Assembly: GCA_009103225.1 (NCBI GenBank)
Contig: RHPI01003491.1
Location: 341,292 to 405,291 of the forward strand
Origin: Chlorokybus atmophyticus
Lineage: Eukaryota; Plantae; Mesostigma and Chlorokybus algae
Reading direction: 5' to 3'
Length of the DNA stretch: 64,000 nt
Part shown: positions 1 to 17,499 of the stretch, piece after piece
How the letters are laid out: the number at the start of each line of letters is the position of its first letter
How positions within the stretch are numbered: the stretch's first letter is position 1
Notes under the pieces: model-generated
Told to the model about the DNA's origin: nothing
The model's input: only the letters and a program-made list of their open reading frames with translations
The model's database searches: none
Program-made: the position numbers and the translations under genes

Positions 1-2304
1 GGGGATTATTCCAGTAGGGGAACTGTATTGTGTAGCAGGAGGCGGCTGCCGATACTATCAATCGTAACGGGAACACGGTCTACCCTCGCTGTAATCACGC
101 TCGTGGTTACGACACCCTCCCAGTACTGACCAAATATTGATTAACCGTTTTACATGAGGCAAAATTTCATCTTATAAAGACTATTTCACTCCCTGTAAAG
201 ACAATCCTTGCTAATAGGCAGCATCACTATAAAAAGGGCATGATGTATAATGCGTTAATGACCAGTTGTCACTACATGAACATTTCAATGTGGAGACCAA
301 TTGTCATTGCATAGAAATGTCAAGCTTTTAGTCAATTCATATATTGCATTCTGTATATTAAAAGTGCATATCTTGCTAACAAATCTCTCGTTGCAATGAT
401 AAGCTGTCACTGTACAGCATTAATGCGCTATAGTGACATTCCATCACTACATCAAAGGAACGACACCTCTATGTCGTGACAAGATAACTTCACACATCCG
501 TGGTCACTGTCTTGAGGGTAGACTGTACTGTGTTATATTTGATTACGGCAGATACCGGCGGGCGAGACTGTAGATTGCCGCGATATTAACGGACCATACT
601 GCAAAGCCCTGCCCAATGCAACATGTACATATATGCTGCTGCACGATACATCTATTACACTAGTACACATTAACTACTGTACATTACACCATTATGTATA
701 CACCATACACTATGTATACACCTATACGTACACTATTATACAACACATATCATATACATATATACCGTTCCCTCAAGGGAAACACTAAAAGGGTGGGGTG
801 GTTTGGGGGGGGGGGNTCTATTGTGCGCAAAAACAGCTCCCCCCGTACTTGAACAAGGGGAAATTCTAATGGGGTAAGTACCGTAATTTTCAGATGTAAT
901 GTACATGTGTTGAAAAACACAAGTGCGTCAATTCGAACCGTTATTGACAAATTCTCAACATACATATGCCGTGTAACAAGCACATATACAAATGATGAAA
1001 TGTCATTGTAATAATGATACTTTATGTGGCACGGTGCCCCATTTTTAAATTATACAAATTGACAATTGTTGGTGTGTAAACCACTTTTATTATTACTTAC
1101 TTCAAGTCATTTTCTGATTGCAATTGATTAGGTCACTTTGTTATAGTTAGCAATGGGTGTTTTTCTAAAATGGTTATAGCTTAGCAAATTTAAAAAACAA
1201 GTAATCATTTTGTGTGATCGGATGTTATGGCAAACGAAGCTAGAGGTTGAAAAGCAAGCGCCAAACTGTATCAATGACAAATGTCATTGATACAGTCGGT
1301 TGAAAAGTGCAAAAATAACGTAACATGGCGCTTAACTACTACGCCATGGCAGCACAAGTTGCTGCTATAGACGAGCCACATATCTCGTAATCATTTATGA
1401 TACGGATAAAGGTGATCTTCGCACATTTATAGCACATGTACTTTGTACAACTAATATAATGTAGATTATCAAGACTTTTACACGAGCAAACATCTATACA
1501 AAACATCATGAACCCATTACACATTAGCTAGCCTGCTGCATCAAGTAGGGCAAATCAACATGTTACATCATTAATGCGGTTTCGGATACAACAAACTCTT
1601 TTAGAATGGTAATCGGTCATCGCGCAATGAATTCCGGTTTTAATCTTGATAAAGTGTTGCCCCATTATATGGAGCATCTATACGTGCCGTTAACGCCAGT
1701 GAAGTATGTAAAAAAGAAAACGGTTGCTATAAGCAACATAACGTGTCGCACAACGTATACTATGTACAACTATACGGTGCAGTATTGCTTAGCATATGTT
1801 TTGATGAATTTAGTATCATAATTGGCAACATGTTACACGGCAATGTTGATATTGCTTTTGCCTTGTTGGCATCAAGTGCGTATTTGTGACTACCATATTA
1901 TAACTTCGCATCTTTTGCACACTACCTTTATCTGCACTTGTTTGGTCATCCTCACCCCGAATCTCAATCGGCAATTCTTGCATCTACATCCCAGTGTTCA
2001 TATGAGTTTGTACATTGTAAGTGATTTGGGTGTTGTTAGTCGGTTTAATATACTATACCATCGTCTTTGTGTATAAGAATCAAGCATTCCAACCATATTG
2101 TTGTGTTATCACAAGGTGCAAGGCAGTCATTGCATGCATATGTATAAAGAAATTCCGCAGATTGATGTACACCTATTGTACGGCAACCCAATTACTTTGC
2201 ACTCTCATCATTATTGTGCTTATCTCTTGAGAGCAAACAATCGTCATTGTGAGGGTCACTTGGTCTGCCTAATATTCAACATAACATACGACATTGCTAT
2301 TCAA

Positions 2305-2921
<617 letters not shown>

Positions 2922-3031
2922 CAGGTCTTCACAAACACTCACTTTCCACCCACTACCCATCGTTGAACCAACTATCACCTTGTACTACCATGGAACTAAC
3001 TGCTACTTTAAACTCTGCCCAAACACGCAAC

Positions 3032-4624
3032 TCACATGCTGAAAAAACTCACGCCACTTCCACCACCAACGTTGATGATAGCCCCGTGATGGACTTGGAC
3101 TGTTCGTCATCGAATACAAACGTCACCGCTGCAGCGACATCTTCACTATCAACCAGCTTCTGGAGTGGGACCATGCTCTTGAATGCTTCCTCCATTGAGC
3201 CCCGGATTTGCAGCCTGCATGTGAGCAACTGCCATATCCAACATCTCCGATGGTATTGTGGGACCCGGGGCGACAGCGTTCACGCGCACACCAGCCTTTG
3301 CAACCTGGTGGTTGTTCAACATGCAAGCATTGGTTTAGTGCCAGGATGCAACCACGCTCCAACCGAATGTTGCGTACCTCGATGGCTGCACCAACAGCGA
3401 AGTTGTCAAGAGCAGCCTTGCTGGCCTGGTAGTCCGTGTGGCCTAGCCTTGTCACCTTGTGGCCCGCAATGCTGGTGTTGTTGACAATGGAGCCGTACCC
3501 TTGTGACAGCATATGCCTTAGCTTCGCCTGGCAAACTAAACATATGAAAGCATGCCCTTTGTTGCAGTTGCAAACTACAGACAGTATGATTATGCTATGA
3601 GGAATGTGGGCATGATATGCTGCCACCGTGCGGTGCGTCACACAAGGTCCCTGTCTATCAGAGCCACCGCCGCTGCTCACCTTCATGCAGGCTGCTTGGC
3701 TGATCATGTTGATGTTGAAGGTTATTGCCAGCTGTCCAGATCCATCTCCGCAACTGGACTTGGCGGTGCCCCATACCCTGGATTGTGCTTGTTTGCATTG
3801 CTCATGGTAGCATCAGACTGTAAACACTTCTAACAGCAGTTTGAACCTGCAACGTTGCTCCTGCGTGCCTTATTCGCAAGACATCACTGGCACGGTGGTC
3901 TAAGCTACTACTTTAGAGCAGTGCACTGCAAATTCTAACCAGTGGCCTTAGCAGCATGATGCTGTGTACCATACCTGTGTTGTTGAAGGCTCCATCCAGC
4001 TTGCCATGCGCCTCCACTACGTCCGCCACAACCTGAACAAGACACAATGTGTTTGCCTGCGACCTCGCATGCACGGTTATTGACATCAATGTTGCCAATG
4101 GTCTCGTACACTACTTGGTGCATGGGTAACCCACCTTCTCAACTTGCGCCCAGTCTGTGACGTCCACCACAGCGACTGCTGCTGCAAGAATTGCACAACA
4201 AACATTCGCTAAGCTCATAGCAGTAACATCATGGTGTGACCCGTCAAATCAAGCACAGCTCTTGCCTCATGCATGCATGCCTATCAGTCCACCTCACCTT
4301 GGCCCTTGCCAGCGGCGTTGATCTTGTCTCTGAGGGCTTCCAAGCGGTCTTTGCGGCGGGCGGCGATCCCTACATGGGCGCCGTGGGCGGCGAGGTGCTC
4401 CGCTGTGACGGCGCCAATGCCGCTGCTGGCGCCAGTCACCAGGATTACCTTGCCCTCAGATCTGTGAGTCACATTGCATGCCCAGTAAGTACAGCAGCGA
4501 AGCAGGTGAAGCAAGTGAAGCAAAGCAGCAGCCAAGTCCACACATGCACAGCGCATACTTTTGAGAAAACGGCATGCATGTAGCTGTACAGAGCACACGG
4601 CGCCTACCTCGCCGACGATAGCAT
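3032..4624 (-). CDS. Classical short-chain dehydrogenase/reductase (SDR), multi-exon, with two apparent 1-nt frameshifts (possible pseudogene or assembly error)
   Basis: Spliced reading MLSSAR|SEGKVILVTGASSGIG...KLDGAFNNTG|YGAPP...GSIVNNTS...DYQASK...VRVNAVAPGP...SITG. This contains the Rossmann TGxxxGIG, NNAG-like, YxxxK and VNAVAPG motifs. The frame is lost near 3723 (WQ|ITFNIN) and near 3083 (ITG|AIINVGGG). Confidence 0.85.
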
Positions 4625-5857
4625 GCGAGTGGCGTCGGGGAGGACTTTACGGTTACGCTGCAACCTTGGGCTGCAGACCAATAAATACACGGGTGTTTGC
4701 AAGGGCATTAGGGCAACAACCAAGCTCGCAAAGCCGCAAGGTTGCCAACATCATCCATGCTGAGGTAATCTCAGGCCTCGCACACACGCGCTCGGTTGTT
4801 GTACTGCGTGCGTGTAACTTGGTACGTTTGACGTACGCAAATGCGATGCAGCACCTGGTACAGCTGGTGCTGTACAGTACCCACCAAAACAAACGTCACG
4901 CTGTATGTCGATCACAGCGTGATGTCTGCCCTAACAGGCTACACAGCCTGCGCCGCTCTGTCCCCCAAGTCTACTTCTTTGTCTGATTACATGTATGCAA
5001 TGCTGCAGCAATTACCCATCAAAACTGTGACATGCAACATACCAACACAAGGACACTGGCATTGCAACGGTTGTTGTACCTCGCACTCCAGCCAAGCCAT
5101 TGAACACTTCATACACACACTACAGTTAGCAATGGTCCTGCACAGGCATGGCAAGGTCTCGTGCAATGCCAGGTTGGACTGTAGCTGTGTGTGCGTGTGG
5201 CACTCTTGAATTCTTCAGCCTCATGCAAGCAGCACTCTCTAAGCAGTGCCCTGGCCGTACTTTTGCACATGGTGGAGACCTGGTTGGCGAGCCCTCAACC
5301 AGCTGCGCTATCACAAGTCCACAGCCAGTTAGCCAAGGGGTCCAAGGCAATAAGGGGTATGTGCGTAGCGGGAACTTGTGGAACATGTCTTATATGTCTG
5401 GTAGTCCAGATGCTGACAGTGGTGGTATGTCCAGCAAATGTTGTGTTGATGCTGTCTCATAAGTAACATCCATGTTCTAGCAACGAGTCATCCATGTTGC
5501 AAGTCAGTTGCAATGGATGACTTGCGACGAAGATGTTTGCACACGTGCTGCACGGTATAACAAGAGGTATAGAAGGTAATTTACCTACTCATAACCATGC
5601 ATGCACACAAGTCAGTGAGTGGCTGCGTGTCGCAACACTACGGCAGTGATCAGCTGCCAATCGACAATCAGGCATACGCAAGGACAAGTTTTGGATGCAC
5701 AGGTATCACTCAGCATTGGGCAGCCACATGCACAAGGATCAGCAGTCACTACAGCTCAAGTCCATCAATTCTTGCCTAAACTACGTTGCATCCTTTTATT
5801 TATTCCATGCAATAAGCATTCACTTGAAGCAAGCGAGAGTGTAATCTCTACAACATC

Positions 5858-8779
<2,922 letters not shown>

Positions 8780-9976
8780 GGCTGGTGGCTGGAGCAGCGG
8801 GGTGTGCAGACGGCACACTCGCGCAGACATTCTTTGAGCTTTGTTGAATGTTGAACCATCCATTGCAACAACGCAGAACTAATCACCCACACTGCAAAGC
8901 CACGGCGGACTGTGGGCTCTCAGTGCCAGAAGCAGTGCCGCAATACATACAGAGACCAGAAGCATACTCGCCTGAGCCCCCGTCTGTTGTTTAACAACAG
9001 ACGCAAGCGTACCTGCTTGTAGGTACACTTGTTGGGTATATTTACACACCAGTGCTTTCATTGGATGCAGCGGCAAGTATACGACTGGCTCAATGCCAGT
9101 GTACCTTCATGGTGGTACAGGTAGGCGTAACGGATAAATAATTGTATCACGTTGGTTGCAGAGTGCGGACACAAGCTTCTGCGATGGAGATGGTATTGCT
9201 ACACAAAGTAAACCTCGCTAGCCCGTAGAGCAGCTCATGAGTCAGTACATTCCCTTGCTCGTATGCGGTTTTCCATGACATGGCTTCCGTGCATATAGCA
9301 GGGGTAAGTTTCTTAGCAGTTAGAAGCTCTGCAGATATGTACGCTACATGCAGCCTATATTGGCCATTTAACAGTGCTGCTAGGCCTGAGAGCATGCGCC
9401 CACTTCACAAACGGCAGCCACACATTGGCCGCTAGTGACTGGCATGATAAGTATAGTATCATGCGCCGCAGGCCAGGACACTGCATGTCGACATAGTTTA
9501 CGTGGGACAAGGTGGCTGAGTTTATTGACGTACATTCTAGCTGTAGGGTGCTGCACACATCTGCAGCACTGTGATGCCAGCACAGTCTGCGCGGGCAACA
9601 AGTTGTTGCAAGTTGATGCTCTGCACATCTTGTGCAAGAACTGATGTTTGTCTCAACTCATAAAACCACCATCCAAGCCGCATGTGTGCAGTGCAAAATC
9701 CTTCCTATGATTGTACATTGTATATATTCAAACACATATTGTTGCAAAGCGCAACAGGTGCCACAACTTGCCAACATGCCGACCATCTTGTGACCAGAGT
9801 CCATCATGACCACAACTAACTATCTCGTAATCTTGATGAGTACAATGCTACGATAAAGCTACAACAGTCGGGCAACCAAGGTGCTGTCATCACCAGCAGC
9901 AAACGCTGTGGTGCGCATTGCCAATAACGTCAATAATTATCAACACGTGAAACGGGGGTACAAATGTTCAATGCAA

Positions 9977-12382
9977 TCACAGCTTGCTTTTTGTTTGTTC
10001 ATTCGCGCTTCTACTCTCCTGCTCCACCTTGCGCGACACCTTCGCAACAGTCTGGTATGGTACGACCTGTGGCCTCATCATCCACTGCCCTCCATCAATA
10101 ACAATGGTCTCACCAGTGACTACCCTGAACGTAGAACCTCAAAGTCAGCAGCCAATGAGAAGTTGAAAAAGAGCAGCTGGCACGGGGATTACACATGTCA
10201 CATCTGTTCATATTGTATACAGTCTATCAGCTCAGCACATGCCAACCTTGCAGCGTTGCTGACAATGTACATGACACCCATCGCAATGTCCCAGCTAGTG
10301 GCTGCCTTTCCCAATGGCGCATACTTTCCAACATCGGCAATGCCCGGAGCCAGCTTGCGTAGACCGGGAGAGTCTAAAACCTGCATGCAGTGCAAGCATT
10401 GTTTGGTTGCTGTTGACCAAAGGTTGTTACACATGGGTGCAATCCACCCAGCTGTGGTTCATGGTGACTTGCTGAGCGCCTGTTAGCTAGACAGAGCGCG
10501 ACAATGACTACGGCAAAGTCGAATACCACTCTACATGCAGCATGCCAGCGCTACACTGATACGCAATCAAACATCTTGAGCCGAGCAACAAGGCAAGAGC
10601 AATTTCCTACTGCACACTTACCGGCCCTGGAGCAATGCCTACAACACGAACTCCAAACTGGCCCCACTCCAGTGACAGCGAGCGAGTGGTGGCATCAATT
10701 GCGGCCTACGCATAGTCAGCGATACATATGGTGACTTTTGTGCATACACTAAACGTGAAGCTGAGCGTCCTGGGACCCCAGGACGTCCAGTTGTTCAGCA
10801 TGTAAAGGAATCAACAAAGACAGAATAAACAACATGACTTTCATGCAGATGGCGTGCAGCTATGTACCTTGGCTGCAGCTGCATGGCCCTGATACCAGGC
10901 AGCTCCATAGTGCAGCGTCGCGCTGATGTTCATAATCACAGGACCTCCAAATGTACTGCTGCTGTATGCGTGCGACTGCGCCGCTCTTTTCAATGCCGGC
11001 AGTGCGGAGCGAGACATGCTGGAGTTAAACCTCTGGTCAGCAAGACTCACTGAAAATAACAAACAATTACATGCCAACTACACACCCCTATGTAGTTCTT
11101 ACTTGAATGCACCCACCGCGTCAATTTCCATTACTGTCCTGCATGAAGACATGTCAATAATGGACACACCAACTGTGCAAGCATGCCTAGGCCTAGTGAC
11201 AGTGGGCTGCTGAAGGTGATGTGAGGAGTGGATGTTTGTGCATGCACATGTGGACATATGCGTGTGCGCGTGAGTGGGCATGCCCGCCGCGGCTTCACCT
11301 GAACGCGTTGGTGGACAGCTCCTCCATGGTGGACAGAAAGTTCCCCGCAGCACCGTTCACAAGAATATCCAGTCTGCCCAACTCCCGCTCTGCTGTGAGC
11401 ACAGCACTCTCAGCATCAGCTGGTGAACGCACATCACCCGCAACAGCAATTGCCTGCCAGCACCGACGGCAAGCTGTGTTGCATTATGACCTGTTATTAC
11501 GTGTGACTGCAGCTGCAACACTGCCAACTACTGATGTGTTTTCATGCTCAGGAACTTCTGTCTGATCATACCTTGGCGCCATTGCGTGAGAGATCCGCAG
11601 CCGCCTCCTCAAGCAGGCTTGCTCTCCTGCCCATGAGAGCAACACTGCAGCCGTGTGCGCATAGAGTCCGTGCAATCTCCAGTCCTGCGCATATACTGTA
11701 CAAATTGTAGCACTGAATCTGGCGGCACACAAGCAGTGATCATGTGCACAACAGTCTCTGTTCAGTCACTTTAACCTCGGTCATACTGTAGCCACCACAA
11801 CGGTTGGCACTGCTGTAAGGTTGCGCTATGGCAAACTTCTGCAAGTGCCATGTGCCCTCAAAGGAGAAGACTGCAAACAGCTATGTTCACTGGCCACACC
11901 GAGGGTAGGGCAATGCATGACTGCATAAGCAACAGATGCTCAACACAAAAATGTGTGTGTCAGCATACTTAAGCTACAATAGGAAGTTTGTGGACTGCTG
12001 CTGCATGCAGACGCCCATCTCTGTTCCAAGTTCATTCCTTACATACGACGGTCTACAAGCACAACTCTGCACCCAGTCATGGCTTCTGGACTTACGCAAT
12101 CCAGCCACAAGTGTACTATCACTACGTAATGATGTGCTGTGCCTGATGGGCGAATCAGGGCGATCCTTTGCGTTCTATATGCTGTCTGGGCCGAACTAAC
12201 AAACCCGCTGGCATGAAGCTTTCTACTCACTCAGCCATGGGAAGCACCACACAGGCCAACAATAGATTAATGCACAAACCTATGCCACTGCCACCGCCAG
12301 TGATCAGCGCCACCTTGCCCACCAGGATGTCGTGTCTGAAGGGAGAAGCAGGCTCCTGTTCAGCTCCTGCAAGCGCCGTCAT
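9977..12382 (-). CDS. DECR2: Peroxisomal 2,4-dienoyl-CoA reductase (SDR family)
   Basis: SPFRHDILVGKVALITGGGSGIG|LEIARTL...LDILVNGAAGNFL...NISATLHYG...WDIAMG...VTGETIVIDGGQW, ending in ...TKSKL* (C-terminal PTS1 signal SKL). Confidence 0.9.
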
Positions 12383-12427
12383 TGCTGCCGCTACCACCGC
12401 CACGGCCACCGCCACTGCCGCACCGGC

Positions 12428-12436
12428 TTAGGGTTT
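12428..12436. promoter_or_regulatory. Telo-box (AAACCCTAA) in the DECR2/TMEM258 bidirectional promoter
   Basis: TTAGGGTTT lies about 45 nt upstream of the DECR2 ATG. Confidence 0.5.
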
Positions 12437-12610
12437 GGCTGACACTAAGGTTGTTGCACTTGACGACGACGTGGCTGAGGGTGTAGGCGACGGCATCCGC
12501 CGCAAGGTGGTTGGAGCGAAACTGTCTGGCAGGAGGAGAGGTTTTAGTTTGGCCTAAGCGGAGTAGGCCGCTAGACTCTGCGCTGCTGGGTTTGCACTTC
12601 CACCGTCAAC

Positions 12611-13554
12611 ATGGCGGTAAGTGCAACCTGCAATGTGTCCTGCATTACATAACCAGTGGGACAACGCTCTCCATGAATATCATTGCACATACAAGCGCAT
12701 TGCGGGTAATGAGAACTGTCAGCCAACAACTCTGTCTGCTCGGCTGCTTGCAACAGGATCAGCTAGTGTTTCTGCTCGTTTGCACATAGCCATCCAGTGA
12801 ATGGTATAACCTACAACAACTGCAAGTGCCATTTGGGAATGACCCCGCATTGCAGTCCAGTGCCATTGCATACGCCAGTAGTATTGCAGTAGCTAAAAGT
12901 AAGCTCAATGAATGCAAGGAGATGTGATCTGTAAACTTCAGCAACTGTTGGCTGTCACTGCAAGTGTGAGATTGGTTTCTTTTGCGTTGTGATGATCAAA
13001 ACAGATGATTGATTGTGCTATTCTCTGCTGTGCAGTGTTAGTCGATCAGTGCTTATACAAGCAAACCACTGCTCACCTTTGCACACAACATGTGGTGCTA
13101 ACTCAAAGCGCATTGCAGGCCTACAGAACGCCCATACCAGTAGATCTATACCCGATTCTCGCAGTGCTGCTGCTGTCGCTTGGTCTCATCTTTGCCGCTG
13201 CCTTCTTCGTGTGAGTGCAGGAATGCAATGCTTGCAGTCGTGTAGTAGAGCCTGCAGGGAAATGGGGTTTTTCAACCGTGTCTGCGTGTTTGTCAGGTAT
13301 GAAGTGACATCGTCCAAGTTCAGCAGACAATTGAGTAAAGAGCTTGTGACGGGCGGTGTAGCATCCATTTTCTTGGTAGGTTTAATTTAATGCATTGGTG
13401 TTCAAAGCCAACTACACCGCAACCGAATATTTTTTGTTTTTTGTTTTGCACCAGGTTGGTATGTGTCTCAGCTAGTGCTCTCCTCACCCCGTGTTTTGTT
13501 TCACAGGGACTTGGCTCGCTATTCTTGCTTTTGTGGACTGGTGTATACGTATGA
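12611..13554 (+). CDS. TMEM258: Oligosaccharyltransferase small subunit TMEM258/OST5 (UPF0197)
   Basis: ATGGCG|gtaagt, then AYRTPIPVDLYPILAVLLLSLGLIFAAAFFV|YEVTSSKFSRQLSKELVTGGVASIFL|GLGSLFLLLWTGVYV*. Two TM helices and the family-type C-terminus. Confidence 0.85.
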
Positions 13555-15138
13555 GCTGCTGGGTACGCAAGGCAGACACATTTTCTATCAGCCATCATTC
13601 GAATGCTTGCTTTACCCGCGATTGTATTCCTCTGTCTGGGTGCTTGCACATTGCTTTGTGTGCTGTGGGGGACTGTTTGGTTAAGGCTACAGTCATACAC
13701 CTTTCAACACAGTTTCGACTCGTGATGCTGCAACTCGCTTCATGACCTCTACTACTGAGTCCCGGGCAGTGAGTAAGGTTTAGGGCTGCAATTGCATTTA
13801 CCCTACAGTACAGGTGCCGACACTGCCTCCCCACAACCCCTCCCCCCTTGATCCGCACAGGTTTTCCCAAAATGAGTGCATCAATAGATTAAACCAGTAC
13901 CAATGGGCGTCGTTCGACAACAGCGGTCACACCAAGGCTGTGATGAAATTGTATGCAAGTTTTGACGACATCATGACTTGCATGCCATTGCACTGTACAA
14001 CGTCCATGATGGTAAGATGAGATGAGACAGCTTCTGCGCGACAAAAGCCCCTTTTCTAACACATGAATGATGCCAAGAATGAAAGCGACTATCTGGCCTC
14101 CAACTCCATTGGCCCAAGGCCAACCACACCTACACTGCTTATTGTAGCTAACAGTCGTGATACACACCACACAACCATTGATACAAGCAACAGCCTTTGT
14201 GATCATTGCAAATATCAAAAACAAACGCCATCTCCACAACACTGGCACCAAGGCTAGGAATTGCAGTCAACAACAAGATACATGAAACTTCATCCCTAGT
14301 GAACATCCTCAGCCGGAGGTACCATTCGTACCAACAAGCACAATACGTTGTGGAGGACAAGTCGCCAGCTGGATGCATGACGTACACAACTGCTTCATCG
14401 CCCCAGTCGCAGCTCCAGCTTGAACAGCTCCGTCACCTGCATTGAACACAACACCGCCCACTACATGCAGCAAGGACCAACACCGGACACCAACATCACG
14501 AAGATTGCAATGCCCATCAAGCAATGAACAGACTAAAGCACTCGGAAATAAGATTGATGGACGCAGCATTCAATTTGAACTTCTTGACGTCACCTTCATG
14601 ACAACTATCTGTGGCACAAAGGGTGCTGTTATGTTGAACCAATCCGGTAACATGACATGCACACAGATTGGATCTGTACCAAATGTTGCTAATCAAAGAG
14701 TGGCTCATGGCAAGAAAGCACAAGAAGGCTACCTGTTCACCGGCGCAGTTACCTAGGTTCCGCAAAGGCTGCTGGTGCCCGCACAGGCCACCTGGCGCTA
14801 ATGGCGCATCCTGGCCTGCATGGTTACCCAGCTCAAATACCATGATGCCTCATAACATCTCGTGGCGCAGCATACAATACTCTAATTACCAAATCTTGTA
14901 CAACGGAATAGCCAGAAGGCTTACACCCAGCAAGCTGCACTGCCGCCCCACCGCACTGCAAGCCGAAAACCTGGCCAACCTCTCCCTCGGCGAGTATGCG
15001 GAAAAACCAAAAGGAGGCAAGATAAGTATGGAAACACAGATGTTCAAAGGCACAATCTGTGCTGTCAGACAGCAGGCAAAGAGCATTGGTCTCATATGTT
15101 CAGTTGAACTGGATGCAGAACTACACTATGTCTCAAGC

Positions 15139-17185
<2,047 letters not shown>

Positions 17186-17346
17186 CCCTCCTCCCGCCGC
17201 CGCCTCGCAAGCTAGCCAGCTGGCGCCGTGCAGTGTAGCGACGAATTTGCAAATCAAGCAGCGTGTTCCATTCCGGCATGCGCACTGCGCTTTAGTTGCG
17301 AAGCCGCGGAGGGGCATTCCCTGGTGATACTAACTGCTTTCAAAGC

Positions 17347-17354
17347 TAGGGTTT
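17347..17354. promoter_or_regulatory. Telo-box in the PRP4K/COPB2 bidirectional promoter
   Basis: TAGGGTTT between the divergent ATGs. Confidence 0.45.
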
Positions 17355-17499
17355 GTTAGCTCGCTCGCAGCTGGGTCGGGAGGTGGCGGGCGGCGTCGTC
17401 CGCGTCCTACTGGACGTCCCTCCCTGCTTTCTACGGAAAACAGGGGACTCAGTGACGGGGTGGGCCTTGAGGGCCGGCCCCGCCTGACAGCAGTACATA

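Noticed and set aside
13900-15100. Several 70-160 aa ORFs between TMEM258 and PRP4K
   Set aside because: No recognisable motifs or consistent splice chain; probably overlapping 3' UTRs, although a small gene cannot be excluded.
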